A stretch of 64,000 bases of DNA from an uncultured delta proteobacterium (GTDB taxonomy: Bacteria; Myxococcota_A; Polyangia; Polyangiales; Polyangiaceae). Location: NCBI GenBank assembly GCA_963716725.1, contig CAVQUB010000007.1, forward strand, positions 32,001 to 96,000, written 5' to 3'. The notes below the pieces were generated by a model. It worked only from the letters and a program-made list of their open reading frames with translations, ran no database searches and had not been told where the DNA came from. Positions 22,346 through 35,946 of this stretch are shown here, piece by piece. The position numbers and the translations under genes are program-made. Every line of letters begins with the position of its first letter. The stretch's first letter is position 1.

Positions 22346-24055
22346 CTAGAAGCCCATGTAGCTGTCGTAGGCCCGCCTGGTAGGTCTGGTTGTCGGGGGC
22401 CAGCTCCACGGCCAGCCCGAGGTAGGGCTGGGCCTCGGGCACCTCGTCGAAGCCCTTGGCGCCCGCGCCCTCCATTTCGATGTCCATGCCGCCGCTGATC
22501 AGGATGGCGCCGCCCACCAGGTTCATGCCCAGCTCGTAGCGGTAGCCCGCGTTGCAGCGGGTCGCGCTCGATGGCGGCCTCGAGGTCTAGACGCGCCAGC
22601 TCGCTGTTGCCCTGCAGCCAGTGCAGCTTGCTGCGCGCCCACCAGGCGCGCGGCATCGGGGATGCCGGCGTCGATGGCGGCGTCCAGGTCGGCCCTGGCC
22701 GCGGCGATCTTGGCCTTCATGACGGCCTCGTCCTCGTCGAAGATCGTGCCCTGGATGATGGCCATCCAGCCGCGCTTGAAGCGCGCCTGGGGCGCCCTCG
22801 ACCGGGATGGCGGCGATGAACTGCTTCCACTCGCGGTCGAGCGCCTCGACGTCCTTGGCGCCGATCGCCTCGAGCACCACGCGGCCGGATCTCCTCGGGC
22901 GGGACGCGCTTGCCCGTGCCCGACTTGTCGAAGTGCCCGACGGTCTCGGTCTCGATGCCCTTCTTGAGCGTGTAGATGTCCTTGAAGAACTTGTCGAAGG
23001 CGTCGCCGGTACTTGCGGTCGGCCTCGTTGAGGAAGTAGACGAACGACCAGGCGTGGGCGTACTCGAAGGCGTGGAAGTCGTCGCGGTCGATGCAGGAAC
23101 AGGTCCTCCAGCTTGATGTCCTTGCCGTCCTCGATCGCCTGCTGCACGGTCAGGACGCGGTCGGTCTGCAGCTGGCCGGGCGTCGATCTCGATGCGGCCC
23201 TTCTTGTCGACGCTCGATCTTCGACGAGCCGAAGTAGTCGGCCACGGCCTCGTTGAGCCAGATCTGCGTGACGTACTGCTGGTCGATCAGGAAGGTCAGC
23301 AGGTGCGTGCACTCGTGCAGGCCGACCCAGTTGCTGATCGCCGGCTCCTCGTAGTCGTGGTAGAAGTTGAGCGACTGCGTCGGTGGGCGCAGAAGAAGCC
23401 GAGCCACGCCCGGGCTGATGCCGTACTTGCCGCGGTTGGCCTCGTAGAACTCCGCGCGGCTCTTGTAGATGTTGACCGCCATCTTCGTGCGCCGCAGCGA
23501 CGGGGTGGGCTTGATGCCGAAGCGGTCGTCCATCAGGTCGTAGTAGGCCTCGAGCAGGTCGCCGTAGTACTCGAGCAGCTCGGGCGAGGTGTTGCGTGCG
23601 CACGACGAAGTGCTTGGTCTCCTGCTCCCAGGCGTTGTGCGAAGTCGGCGTGGGCGGCCAGCTCGTCGGCGCGCTCCTTGGACTGCCTCGAACTCGCTGC
23701 TGCAGCTGCGTTCTCGTAGGCCGGCTTGGACAGCCACTTGCCCTGGTAGCGCACGTAGCCCTGCTCGAGCTTCTCGCGCTCGTCGTCGTTCTGGGGCACG
23801 TAGTCGGACATGTCGCCCTCGATCTCGACCGCCTTGAGGCGCGCGGGGTCGGGCGACGAAGATCTCGCCGATCGTCGAACTCCAGCAGGTAGCCGCCGTC
23901 CTTGGCGCGGGCCTTGCGCGGCTTGATCACGCGACCGTCGTCGGTGATGACGCGGTCGGCGCAGGGCGGGCGCCGCCAGCAGCGTCGCGGCCAGCGCCGC
24001 CAGCGGCAGGGCGCAGCAGACGCCGGGCGCGGGTCCTCATGGCGCGACTGCTCAT
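22346..24055 (-). CDS. Exported HExxH zinc metallopeptidase-like protein (DUF1570-like) with C-terminal TPR (frameshifted)
   Basis: GLHECTHLL ... WLNEAVADYFG, YAHAWSFVYFL; TPR-like AWWARSKLHW..LARLDLEAAIERDP; ATGA overlap with upstream gene. Confidence 0.7.
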
Positions 24056-25688
24056 CCGATGTAGTCCTTCCAGCACTCGCTCGAACTCGCTCCCAGTCGA
24101 CGCCCTCGAAGGCCGCATCGACGGCCTTGTCGAGGTCGTCGGTCTCGACCAGCGACGCGCAGGTAGGTGTCGAGGATCGTGTCCCAGGCGTCGTTCCAGC
24201 AGCGCGCGCCCTTCTTGCCGGTGCGCAGGAAGTAGACCAGCGCCCCAGCCCTGGGCGTAGTTTCGTCCGACCGTCTCGGGGTCGTAGTACTGGCTGCGGT
24301 CGTAGCGCACGAACTGCTTCGAGCGGGACGTAGGTCTCGTCGCGGATCATGCCCTGGATCGTGCGCTCGCGCCAGTCGAAGGGCTTGAGCGTGAAGCGCT
24401 TGTTCTTGTACTCGTAGCCGCTGTAGAAGTCGCCCGTGCCCTCGTTGTACCAGTAGTGCGGCGTCAGGCTGCCGAAGAAGTAGAAGATGTACTGGTGGAA
24501 GGCCTCGTGGTTGAGCGTGGCCCAGGTGTCGCCGCGGCCGCCGACCGCCTTGTCGTCGTAGATCACCAGCTCCTTGTCGCTGGGGGACCAGTAGCCGGCC
24601 GACCCGCCCGGGCCGCCGTAGCTCATGTACTCGTCGGAGTCCTTGCACACGCGCACGACGCTGGTGCGCGAGAGCTCCATCGGATCGGCGCGCTCGGCGA
24701 CGGTGCGGCCCTCCTGCGCGTCGCCGTCGGCCCCGTCGGCCCCGCCCTCGTCCCCGTCGGCTCCGTCCTGGCCGTCCTTGCCCTTGGCGCCCTCGGCGCC
24801 CTCGGCAGCCTCGGCCTCGCGCCTGGCCGCGGCCGCGGCGCGCTTGAGCTCGACCGCCAGCGCCGGCGGGTAGGTCTCCTCGTAGACCTTGCGGACCGCC
24901 TCGAGGCGGTCCATCAGCTCCTCCAGGAACTCGCGGTCCTTGTTGGAGGAGAGCAGGAAGTAGTTCTCGGTCTCGTACAGCTCCCAGCCGGGCTGCTTGG
25001 CCACCTCGGCCAGGAGCTCGGCGCGCTTGCGGTCGCGCAGCGACATCGGGCCCGTGGCGGCCTCGAGCGCCTCGACCTCCAGCGGCAGCAGCGTGCCGCA
25101 GATCTTCTTGAAGGCGCGCTCGAACTTGCTCCAGTTCTTGCCCCCGGGGCCGTTGAACACCAGGGCCACGTCGATGTCGGGGTGCACGTGGTAGAGCGTC
25201 GCGAACAGCCCCACCTCGAAGTCGCCCAGCAACCCATTGAAGGTGTACTCGACCGTGTCGATCTTGTTGCTGCGGCCCTTGCTCTCGTCGGTCTTGCGCA
25301 TGCCGAAGGGCGACATGACCGCGTCGACCCATTCGGTCAGCGACTCGGCGCCCTTGAAGCGCGGCTGCTTGTCCTTGCCCGCGCCTTCGTCCGCCGCCGC
25401 CGGCCGGCGGTCGAAGGCCACGATCCACAGGGTGTAGTCCCAGGCCCGACCGCTCTTGGGGTCGACCAGGAACTGGCTCGAGGGCGAGGCGTACTTGCCG
25501 ACCAGGCCGATGTCGCCGGGCTGGGGCGGGACGAAGTCCCAGCCGTCCGGCGACTTGAACTTGAAGCCCAGGTCGACGGCGTCCTCGTACCACTGGCGGC
25601 CGGGCTTGGGCTGCTGGGCCAGGGCCTCGGAGGCGAGGCCGAAGGCGACCAGGGCGACGGGGGCGAGCAAGCGCAGCGGGCTGGTCAT
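24052..25688 (-). CDS. Exported HExxH zinc metallopeptidase-like protein (DUF1570-like)
   Basis: Signal peptide MTSPLRLLAPVALVAFGLASEALA; LNHEAFHQY ... WYNEGTGDFY; NYAQGW.LVYFL after a frameshift. Confidence 0.75.
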
Positions 25689-26050
25689 GGCGGGTCTCCA
25701 GGGCGGTCCGCGGCGGCACGCCTGGCCGCGCCCCGCTCGGGCCGGGCCACGCGCGCACGCCCGGGGTCGGCCGGCCCGGGGAGCGGCGGGCTCGCCAGCG
25801 ACTCCACGCAGGCCGGGCGTTCGTGACCCTTCCATCAGACAGGCTGGCGGCGCGGCCCGCAAGCGCCGGGCGCCCGCGGCTGCGCCGATGCGACGTTTCC
25901 TTTGCACGGCAATGCGGTCGGCCGGCCAACTCCGGCCGGGTCGCCGCGTACGCCGTCGAGGGCCTGGCACTCCGCGGACCTTCCCGTCGTTGGGAGCGCT
26001 GCCGGGCCCCCAGGGTCCCCCGATCCCATCCACGCTACCGTACTCCCACC

Positions 26051-29000
26051 ATGCGACCGCTCCATTCCGCGCTCGTCGCCGGCCTGCTCGCGCTCCTGTG
26101 CGTCGGCGGCTGGCTGCTCGTCCGTTCCTCCACCCAGCGCGTCGAGGTGGCCTCCGCGGCCCCGGCGGCAACGCACGGCGATCCGGCCGCGGGCGGCGAC
26201 GCCCAGCCGCTCCTGCGCGCTCCAGCCAGCGGCCCGAAGGCGTCGACCGGAACGCAGCGCGTGGCGTCGGAGGTCCCGCCGGAGCCGGCGCTCGACGAGC
26301 CCGCCGCGCCCGCGCGCGAGGGTCTGACCGTCACCGGGCGTGTCGTGGACTCGCAGGGGGAGCCCATCGCGGGCGCGCGCGTGCTCGCCGCCTCGAGCGG
26401 ATCCTTCGGGATGTTCGCCGGCCTCCCGCTCGACGTTCGCGGCGCGGGTACGGTCGGCTGGATGAAGCTGCGCGAGACGACCAGCCGCGGCGACGGACGC
26501 TTCGAGCTCGAAGGCCTTCGCCCCGGGAGCCTGCGGCTCGCCGTCCGCTCCCCGGGGCGGGTGCCGCTGGATGACGACGGCCGGGCCCTTCCTGACGAGG
26601 AGCGGGTCGACCTCGGCGACCTGCGCCTGGAGCCCAGCGTCCTGGTCGCCGGCCGGGTCCTCGACCCGCGCGGCGCGCCCGTCGAGGGGGCCGAGGTGCT
26701 GCGCCTCGCCAACCCCGCCCAGGTCGCCGTCGTGCGCTCGTTCTCGGCCAGCTCCGGCACGCTCGTCGCGCGCACCGCAGCGGACGGCAGCTTCGCGGTC
26801 GACGAGCTGGCGCCGGGCCCCTGGGCCCTGCGGGTCGAGACGCCCGACCATCCGCACGCCGTCGTCAGCGGCACGACCGCGCGCACCGGCGAGCGTGTCG
26901 AAGGCCTGGTCGTCGCGCTCGAGGCGGGCCTGGAGATCGCCGGCTCGGTGCGCGACCTGCCCGCCGGCGAGGCCCTGATCGTGCGCGCCTTGCCGCGCGG
27001 CGCCGGCCCCGAGCCGGACTTCGAGCCGCAGGAGGCGCCCGCGCCGCCGCCCGAGGCGCGCGTGGCCGACGTGGCCGCCGACGGCTCGTTCCTGCTGCGC
27101 GGCCTGCGCGCATCCGCTACCTACGAGCTCTCGCTGACGCGCAAGGACCGCGACGCAGGTCCCTTCGGCTTCTTCTGGTCGCCGGGTCTGGCGGCGCCGG
27201 TCAAGGCGCGCGCCGGGGAGCGCGGCGTCGTGCTGGTCTACCAGCCCGAGTCGGCGCTCGTGTTCCAGGCCGTCGACGCCCGCACGGGCACGCCGGTGGA
27301 GGAGTTCACCGTCGAGGCGGGCATCGACTGGCCATTGCCGCAGATGGACGACGGCGGCCGGCCGCTGCGCGCTCGGCCGGAAGGGCGAGCCCGGGTGGGC
27401 AACCTGCGACCGCGCTCGCCCTCCGACAAGGCCACCCTGAGGGTGGCGGCCGTGGGCTACGCGCCCTACGAGCTGAAGGACCTGGCGCTGATCCAGGGAC
27501 GGGACACCGACCTGGGCCTGGTGCACCTGGAGCCCCTGCCGCTGCTGACGGTGCGCGTCCTGGACGGCGCCAGCGCTGCGCCGCTGGAGGGAGCCAGCGT
27601 GACGCTCTCCGAGGTCAAGCCCGCGCGGCGGGGCGACTCCGGTGGGCGCGTGGAGATCAACATCGAGGCCGGGGACCTGGGCGGTGGGGAGGACCTGCTG
27701 ATGCCGGGGGACTCGAGCCGCCGGGCGCGCACCGACGCCGCGGGGCTGGCACGCCTGACGATTCCCGTCGGGGCGGCCTGCCGCTTGACCGTCAAGCACG
27801 ACGGGCATGCGCCCTGGCGCAGCGAGGTCTTCCCCGCGCCGACGGCCGCTTCCGAGCGCGAGGTGCGCCTGGGAGAGGGTGGACGCATCACGGCGCACCT
27901 GCTCGACGCCGCGGGCGAGCCCGTCGCCGGCGGCCGCGTCGAGCACCAGGGGCCCGGGGCCGACGGCGGCTTCGCCGCGACCTGGGGCCAGGAGGGCCGC
28001 GTGACCAACGCCCAGGGCGAGGTCGTGTTCGACCACCTCGAGCCCGGCACGCACCGCTTCCGCCGCGCGAAGGGCGGCGGCGGCGGGTTCTTCGCCGACG
28101 GCGGCGGGGCCGTCGCGATCCGCATGTCCGGCATGCCCGGCGAGGAGCGCGGCTGGGTCGAGGCGCTGGTCGGCGAGGGCGGCTCGGGCGACGTCGAGCT
28201 CCTGGCCCCGCTCGAGGTGGCCGTCGAGGGCCGGGTGCGGGAGGCGGGCGAGCCGCTGGCTGGGGCCACGGTCGAGCTCGCGCGGCGCGAGCCGGGCGGC
28301 GAGACCAGGCCGCGCCTGCCGATGCTGGGGGGCACAGGCCCGCGCGGGGAGACCGACGGCCAGGGCCGCTACCGTCTCGAGGGCGTCGAGCCGGGCGAGT
28401 ACACGCTGACGGTGCGCCACCCCACGCGCGCCATGCCGACCGAGCTCGACCTGCTCGTGCGCGAGGGCGACCTGCGCCAGGATGTCGAGCTCTCGGTCGC
28501 GATCGTCGAGGGTCGGGTGACCGATGCGGAGGGCAAGGCGCTGGCGGGCGTGCGCGTCCGGCCCGAGCGGGCGCGCCCGCGCGGCAGGCAGACCATGGTG
28601 CGCATGATGGCCTTCGCCTCGAGCGACGGCGGCGGCTCGATGATCTCGCTCGACGACGGCGGCTTCGCCTCGGTCCAGGCCCGCACCGACGCCGACGGTC
28701 GCTACCAGCTCCGCGGCGTCGCGCACGACGTTGAGCTCGAAGTCCACGCCGAGGGCAAGGGCCTGCAGCCCGCGCGCTCCAAGCCGTTCCAGGTCGCCCA
28801 CGACGAGGTGCGCCGCGGCGTCGACCTGCAGCTCGAGACCGCCGGCCAGATCGAGGTCCTGGCGCTGCGCGCCGACGGCAGCCCGGCCCGCAACCTGCTG
28901 GTGACGGCGACCTACGAGGGGCCGCTGGAGCGCAAGCTGGACCCGCGCACCGAGTTCGTCGGCGAGGAGGGCAAGCTCGTCATCGACGGGCTGACGCCCG

Positions 29001-29119
29001 GCACCTGGCGCCTGGCCACGCGCACGCTGGGCCCCGAGGAGGGAGGCGGCGAGATCCCCGAGCAGACCGTGGAGGTCCGGGCGGGCGAGACGACCCAGGC
29101 GCAGATCCCCGTGCCCTGA
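26051..29119 (+). CDS. Large membrane-anchored protein with repeated carboxypeptidase-regulatory-like beta-sandwich domains
   Basis: N-terminal TM; repeats of G.V.D..G.P..GA.V and TD..G.F.L.GL.PG.Y.L. Confidence 0.8.
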   Translation: MRPLHSALVAGLLALLCVGGWLLVRSSTQRVEVASAAPAATHGDPAAGGDAQPLLRAPASGPKASTGTQRVASEVPPEPALDEPAAPAREGLTVTGRVVDSQGEPIAGARVLAASSGSFGMFAGLPLDVRGAGTVGWMKLRETTSRGDGRFELEGLRPGSLRLAVRSPGRVPLDDDGRALPDEERVDLGDLRLEPSVLVAGRVLDPRGAPVEGAEVLRLANPAQVAVVRSFSASSGTLVARTAADGSFAVDELAPGPWALRVETPDHPHAVVSGTTARTGERVEGLVVALEAGLEIAGSVRDLPAGEALIVRALPRGAGPEPDFEPQEAPAPPPEARVADVAADGSFLLRGLRASATYELSLTRKDRDAGPFGFFWSPGLAAPVKARAGERGVVLVYQPESALVFQAVDARTGTPVEEFTVEAGIDWPLPQMDDGGRPLRARPEGRARVGNLRPRSPSDKATLRVAAVGYAPYELKDLALIQGRDTDLGLVHLEPLPLLTVRVLDGASAAPLEGASVTLSEVKPARRGDSGGRVEINIEAGDLGGGEDLLMPGDSSRRARTDAAGLARLTIPVGAACRLTVKHDGHAPWRSEVFPAPTAASEREVRLGEGGRITAHLLDAAGEPVAGGRVEHQGPGADGGFAATWGQEGRVTNAQGEVVFDHLEPGTHRFRRAKGGGGGFFADGGGAVAIRMSGMPGEERGWVEALVGEGGSGDVELLAPLEVAVEGRVREAGEPLAGATVELARREPGGETRPRLPMLGGTGPRGETDGQGRYRLEGVEPGEYTLTVRHPTRAMPTELDLLVREGDLRQDVELSVAIVEGRVTDAEGKALAGVRVRPERARPRGRQTMVRMMAFASSDGGGSMISLDDGGFASVQARTDADGRYQLRGVAHDVELEVHAEGKGLQPARSKPFQVAHDEVRRGVDLQLETAGQIEVLALRADGSPARNLLVTATYEGPLERKLDPRTEFVGEEGKLVIDGLTPGTWRLATRTLGPEEGGGEIPEQTVEVRAGETTQAQIPVP

Positions 29120-29178
29120 CGGGCGGCGGGCGGGGCGCGGCCGTCGCGCTTGCTCACGCCGCCGCTATGCTCTGCGGC

Positions 29179-30015
29179 GTGATCCAGCGCGCCTACGACG
29201 CCCTGCTGCTCGACCTCGACGGGACCCTGGTCGACGCCGAGGACGGGGTCCATCCGCGCACGCGCGAGGCCCTGGCGGCGGCGGTCGGGCTGGGGGTGCG
29301 CGTCCTGATCGCCACCGGTCGCTCGGAGCTGGCCACCATCCCGGTGCTGGAGGACCTGGGCCTGGAGGAGCCGGCGGTCGTCTTCAACGGGGCCGGCGTG
29401 TGGTGCCCGCGGCGGCGCGAGTTCCTCGAGGAGCGGGTGCTCTCCGACCGGGCCCTCGCGCGAGCCGTCGGCTACGGGCTCGAGCGCGGCCTCCTGACCG
29501 TGACGATGGGGGCGGGTCGCAAGCACGCCCTGCAGCCGCGCGGCGAGGTGGAGCGCCTGGCCCTGCACGAGATGACGGGGCTCTCGTTCGTCGAGCCGGC
29601 CGAGCTGCTGGGGCGACGTACGATCCGCGTGACGGTATTCTCCGACCAGCACGGGAGCTCGCAGGAGCTCGCCGACGACGTCGAGCGGGCCGTGGGCAGC
29701 CCGGTCTACCTGACGCACTTCCCGCTCAACGTGCTGCCGCACCACCGCGCGAGCGGCCTGCTCGTGGCCGACGTGCACCCGCCCTGCCGCGGCAAGGCCG
29801 AGGGCCTGCGGCTGTTGCGCGAGGAGCACGGCATCGACCCGCGCCGCGTGGTGGCGGTGGGGGACGCGAGCAACGACGTGCCGATGCTGCTGGGCGCCGG
29901 GCTGGGGGTGGCCGTCGAGGGCTCGATGCGCGAGGCGCTCGAGGCCGCCGACCGTGTCATCGGCGCGCCCGGGTCGGGTTCGATCGGCGCGCTGGTCGAG
30001 GAGCTCTACCTGTAG
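29179..30015 (+). CDS. Cof-type HAD-IIB hydrolase
   Basis: LLDLDGTL, IATGR, FNGAGV, GKAEGL, VGDASNDVPML. Confidence 0.9.
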   Translation: MIQRAYDALLLDLDGTLVDAEDGVHPRTREALAAAVGLGVRVLIATGRSELATIPVLEDLGLEEPAVVFNGAGVWCPRRREFLEERVLSDRALARAVGYGLERGLLTVTMGAGRKHALQPRGEVERLALHEMTGLSFVEPAELLGRRTIRVTVFSDQHGSSQELADDVERAVGSPVYLTHFPLNVLPHHRASGLLVADVHPPCRGKAEGLRLLREEHGIDPRRVVAVGDASNDVPMLLGAGLGVAVEGSMREALEAADRVIGAPGSGSIGALVEELYL

Positions 30016-30027
30016 CCGGCGCCGGGC

Positions 30028-30390
30028 TCAGGCGGCGTCGCTGGAGGAGGGCTTGGGCTTGCCGCCCGACCCCGCGGCCTTGGAGTCGCTCTTGGACTCG
30101 GCCTTGGACTCGGCCTTCTCGGCCGGCTTGCCCTCGGCGGGCTTGTCGGCGGCTCCCTGCGCCTCGCCACCGGCGGTCTCGGCCTTGTGGGCCTTGCTGT
30201 AGGACTCCGAGCGATAGTCGGTCTGGTAGAAGCCCGAGCCCTTGAACAGGATCCCCGCACCGGTGCCGATGCGGCGCTGCAGCGTGTTGCGGCCGCAGCC
30301 GGGGCACTTGCGCTTGGGCCGGGCCGTGATCGACTGGAACAGCTCCAGCTCGGCCGCGCAACCGCGGCAGACGTAGTCGTAGGTGGGCAT
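30028..30390 (-). CDS. FmdB family zinc-ribbon protein
   Basis: MPTYDYVCRGC ... CPGCG ... FKGSGFYQTDY. Confidence 0.9.
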   Translation of the reverse strand: MPTYDYVCRGCAAELELFQSITARPKRKCPGCGRNTLQRRIGTGAGILFKGSGFYQTDYRSESYSKAHKAETAGGEAQGAADKPAEGKPAEKAESKAESKSDSKAAGSGGKPKPSSSDAA

Positions 30391-30393
30391 CCG

Positions 30394-30984
30394 TCAGCTC
30401 CCCTGGCTCTCCTCGCTCCCCGCGCCCGCCGGCGGCGCACCCTGGGGAGCGCGCGCGACGCGCACGTGGGCGAAGCGCAGCGCCTGGCCGCGCCAGGTGT
30501 AGCCGCGCCGCAGGGTGTCCACGACCTTGCCGGGCGCGACCTCGTCGGTCTCGACCGTGGCCACGGCCTCGTGCAGGGTCGGGTCGAAGTCGTCGTGATC
30601 GGGCATCGGCTCGACGCCCTCCTGGCGCAGCGTGTGCAGGACCTGGTCGCGGGTCAGCTCGACGCCGCGTGCCAGGGCACGGGCGTCGTCGCTCTCGGCC
30701 GGGCTGGACAGGGCCAGCTCCAGGTGGTCGACGACCAGCAGCATGCCGCTCAGCAGGCTTTCCAGGGAACGGCGCACGGCCGCCTCGACGTCCGCGGTCG
30801 TACGGCGCTTGAGGTTCTGGTAATCGGCGGTCGCGCGCTGCCAGCGCGTGAGGTACTCGTCGCGCTCGCGCTGCAGCGTGCCGGCGTCGGAGCCGGCGGC
30901 CGAGGCCTCCGCGCCGGTCGATGTCTCGGGCGCGGGCTGCTCCACCGCGCCGGCCTCCTCGGCCGTCTGGTCTCGTTTGGCCAT
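30394..30984 (-). CDS. grpE: Nucleotide exchange factor GrpE
   Basis: RATADYQNLKRR, VVDHLELAL, FDPTLHEAV, RRGY....LRFAHVRV. Confidence 0.93.
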   Translation of the reverse strand: MAKRDQTAEEAGAVEQPAPETSTGAEASAAGSDAGTLQRERDEYLTRWQRATADYQNLKRRTTADVEAAVRRSLESLLSGMLLVVDHLELALSSPAESDDARALARGVELTRDQVLHTLRQEGVEPMPDHDDFDPTLHEAVATVETDEVAPGKVVDTLRRGYTWRGQALRFAHVRVARAPQGAPPAGAGSEESQGS

Positions 30985-30988
30985 GGTC

Positions 30989-32122
30989 TCAGCTGAAGTA
31001 GTGGACGATCTTCTCGAAGAAGGACTGGTGCTTGCTCTCGCTGCTCTCGAGCTCGGCGTACTCGCGCAGCAGCTCCTTCTGGCGCTCGGAGAGCTTGCGC
31101 GGGACCTCGATGAAGGCGCGCACGAGCTGGTCGCCGCGCCCGCGACCCTCCAGCAGCGGCAGGCCCTGGCCGCGCAGGCGGAAGACCTTGCCGTTGGGCG
31201 TGCCGGCGGGGATGGTCATCTCGGCCCGTCCGCGCAGGGTCGGCACCTCGACCGTGTCGCCCAAGGCCATCTGCGCGAAGGACACCGGCACCTCGGTGAT
31301 CACGTCGGCGCCGTTGCGCTGGAAGATCCTGTGCTCGACCTCGCGTACCACGCAGTACAGATCGCCGCGTGGCGCGCCGGGTTGACCGGCGTCGCCGGCC
31401 TCGGGCACGCGCAGCCGCACGCCCTCCTCGATGCCGGCGGGGATTTCGATCTCGACCTCGGCCTTGTGGCTCTCGAAGCCGCCGCCGCGGCAGGTGGCGC
31501 AGGGCGACTCGACCACCTGTCCGGCGCCGTGGCAGCGCGGGCAGACCGTGGCCATGGTGAAGAAGCCCTGGCTGCGGTGGACCTGGCCGCGGCCCGCCGC
31601 AGGTGGCGCAGGCCGAGCGCCCCGTGCCCGGCCTTGGCGCCGCTGCCCTGGCAGGTCGCGCAGGGCTCCTGGCGCTTGAGCACGATGGTCCTGCGCGACG
31701 CCCTGGTCGATCTCCTCCAGGGTCAGGTCGAGCACGACCTTGAGGTCGCGCCCGGGGCGCGGTCCGCCGCGCGCGCGCCGGCCGCCGCCGAACAGATCGC
31801 CGAACACGCCGCCGCCGCCGAAGATGTCGCCGAAGGCGGCGAAGATGTCCTCCATCGTCGTCGAAGCGCGCCGCCGAACGCCGCCCTGCGCCGAAGGCCG
31901 GCGTGCCCGAACTGGTCGTACTGGCGGCGCTTGGCCTCGTCGCCGAGCACGCTCGTAGGCCTCGGCCGCCTCCTTGAAGCTGCTGCTCCGCCTCGCGCGT
32001 CGCCGGGGTTGCGGTCGGGGTGGTGCTTGAGCGCCAGCTGGCGGTAGGCGCTCTTGATCTCCTCGGCGCTGGCCGTCCGCTCGACGCCCAGGACCTCGTA
32101 GTAGTCGCGCTTCGTCGCTCAT
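30989..32122 (-). CDS. dnaJ: Chaperone DnaJ (frameshifted)
   Basis: [16 protein letters not shown] region, CxxCxGxG repeats, IPAGI, GDLY, VPTL.G. Confidence 0.93.
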   Translation of the reverse strand: MSDEARLLRGPGRRADGQRRGDQERLPPAGAQAPPRPQPRRRARRSSSFKEAAEAYERARRRGQAPPVRPVRARRPSAQGGVRRRASTTMEDIFAAFGDIFGGGGVFGDLFGGGRRARGGPRPGRDLKVVLDLTLEEIDQGVAQDHRAQAPGALRDLPGQRRQGRARGARPAPPAAGRGQVHRSQGFFTMATVCPRCHGAGQVVESPCATCRGGGFESHKAEVEIEIPAGIEEGVRLRVPEAGDAGQPGAPRGDLYCVVREVEHRIFQRNGADVITEVPVSFAQMALGDTVEVPTLRGRAEMTIPAGTPNGKVFRLRGQGLPLLEGRGRGDQLVRAFIEVPRKLSERQKELLREYAELESSESKHQSFFEKIVHYFS

Positions 32123-32223
32123 CGACGCGTCGGGGCTGGCGGGGGGGCTGCTGAGGCGTGGGCGCGACGGCCCCGGGACCTGGGCCCCAGGGGCGCGCGC
32201 GGAGAGCGGGTGCGCGGGCGCGC

Positions 32224-33847
<1,624 letters not shown>

Positions 33848-33908
33848 GGGGTGATCTTCCTCTTGGTTGGTCTCGTGTGCCTGGTGTGCGTGTGCGTGGC
33901 GGCGAGCG

Positions 33909-35631
<1,723 letters not shown>

Positions 35632-35738
35632 GGATGAATCGTTGGTGATCTTTGCGCTGCGTGGATGCGGGCGCGCCCCGCGCGCCTCGGGCGGGCTGCG
35701 GCGCCGGCGTCGGGACCGGCTGGGACGCGCCCGCCGAG

Positions 35739-35755
35739 AGCAAGAAGGGTGCCGA
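35739..35755 (-). promoter_or_regulatory. Putative sigma54 (-24/-12) promoter of the groEL operon
   Basis: Minus strand TCGGCACCCTTCTTGCT: GG-N10-GC spacing matches the TGGCAC-N5-TTGC consensus, about 110 bp upstream of the groEL start. Confidence 0.65.
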
Positions 35756-35809
35756 GGGCCTCGCCGCCCGGGGCCGGGGTCCGGACGGGCATCCACCGGC
35801 GCAGAGGGG

Positions 35810-35864
35810 CTGCCTGTTTGGCAGATGGGGGCGGGTCCTTCACGAGGCTCTGCCATCCTGACAG
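35810..35864. promoter_or_regulatory. Two palindromic boxes, candidate enhancer (UAS) sites
   Basis: CTGCC-TGTTT-GGCAG (35810-35824) and CTGCC-ATCCT-GACAG (35850-35864), 40 bp apart, upstream of the sigma54 element. Confidence 0.5.
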
Positions 35865-35946
35865 GCACGGATCCGGGCCTCGCGACCCTCCCGCCGGGGG
35901 CGACTTCCGTGTGGGCTCGGACCGGGCGCGGGCTAGGATGCTTGCC

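Noticed and set aside
22587..26171. 1194-aa ORF suggesting one giant protein
   Set aside because: Only the 25688 to ~24310 part looks like protein; the rest is GC-rich read-through after frameshifts
35640..35930. CIRCE operator upstream of groEL
   Set aside because: No TTAGCACTC-N9-GAGTGCTAA match; the GGCAC seen fits a sigma54 -24 box
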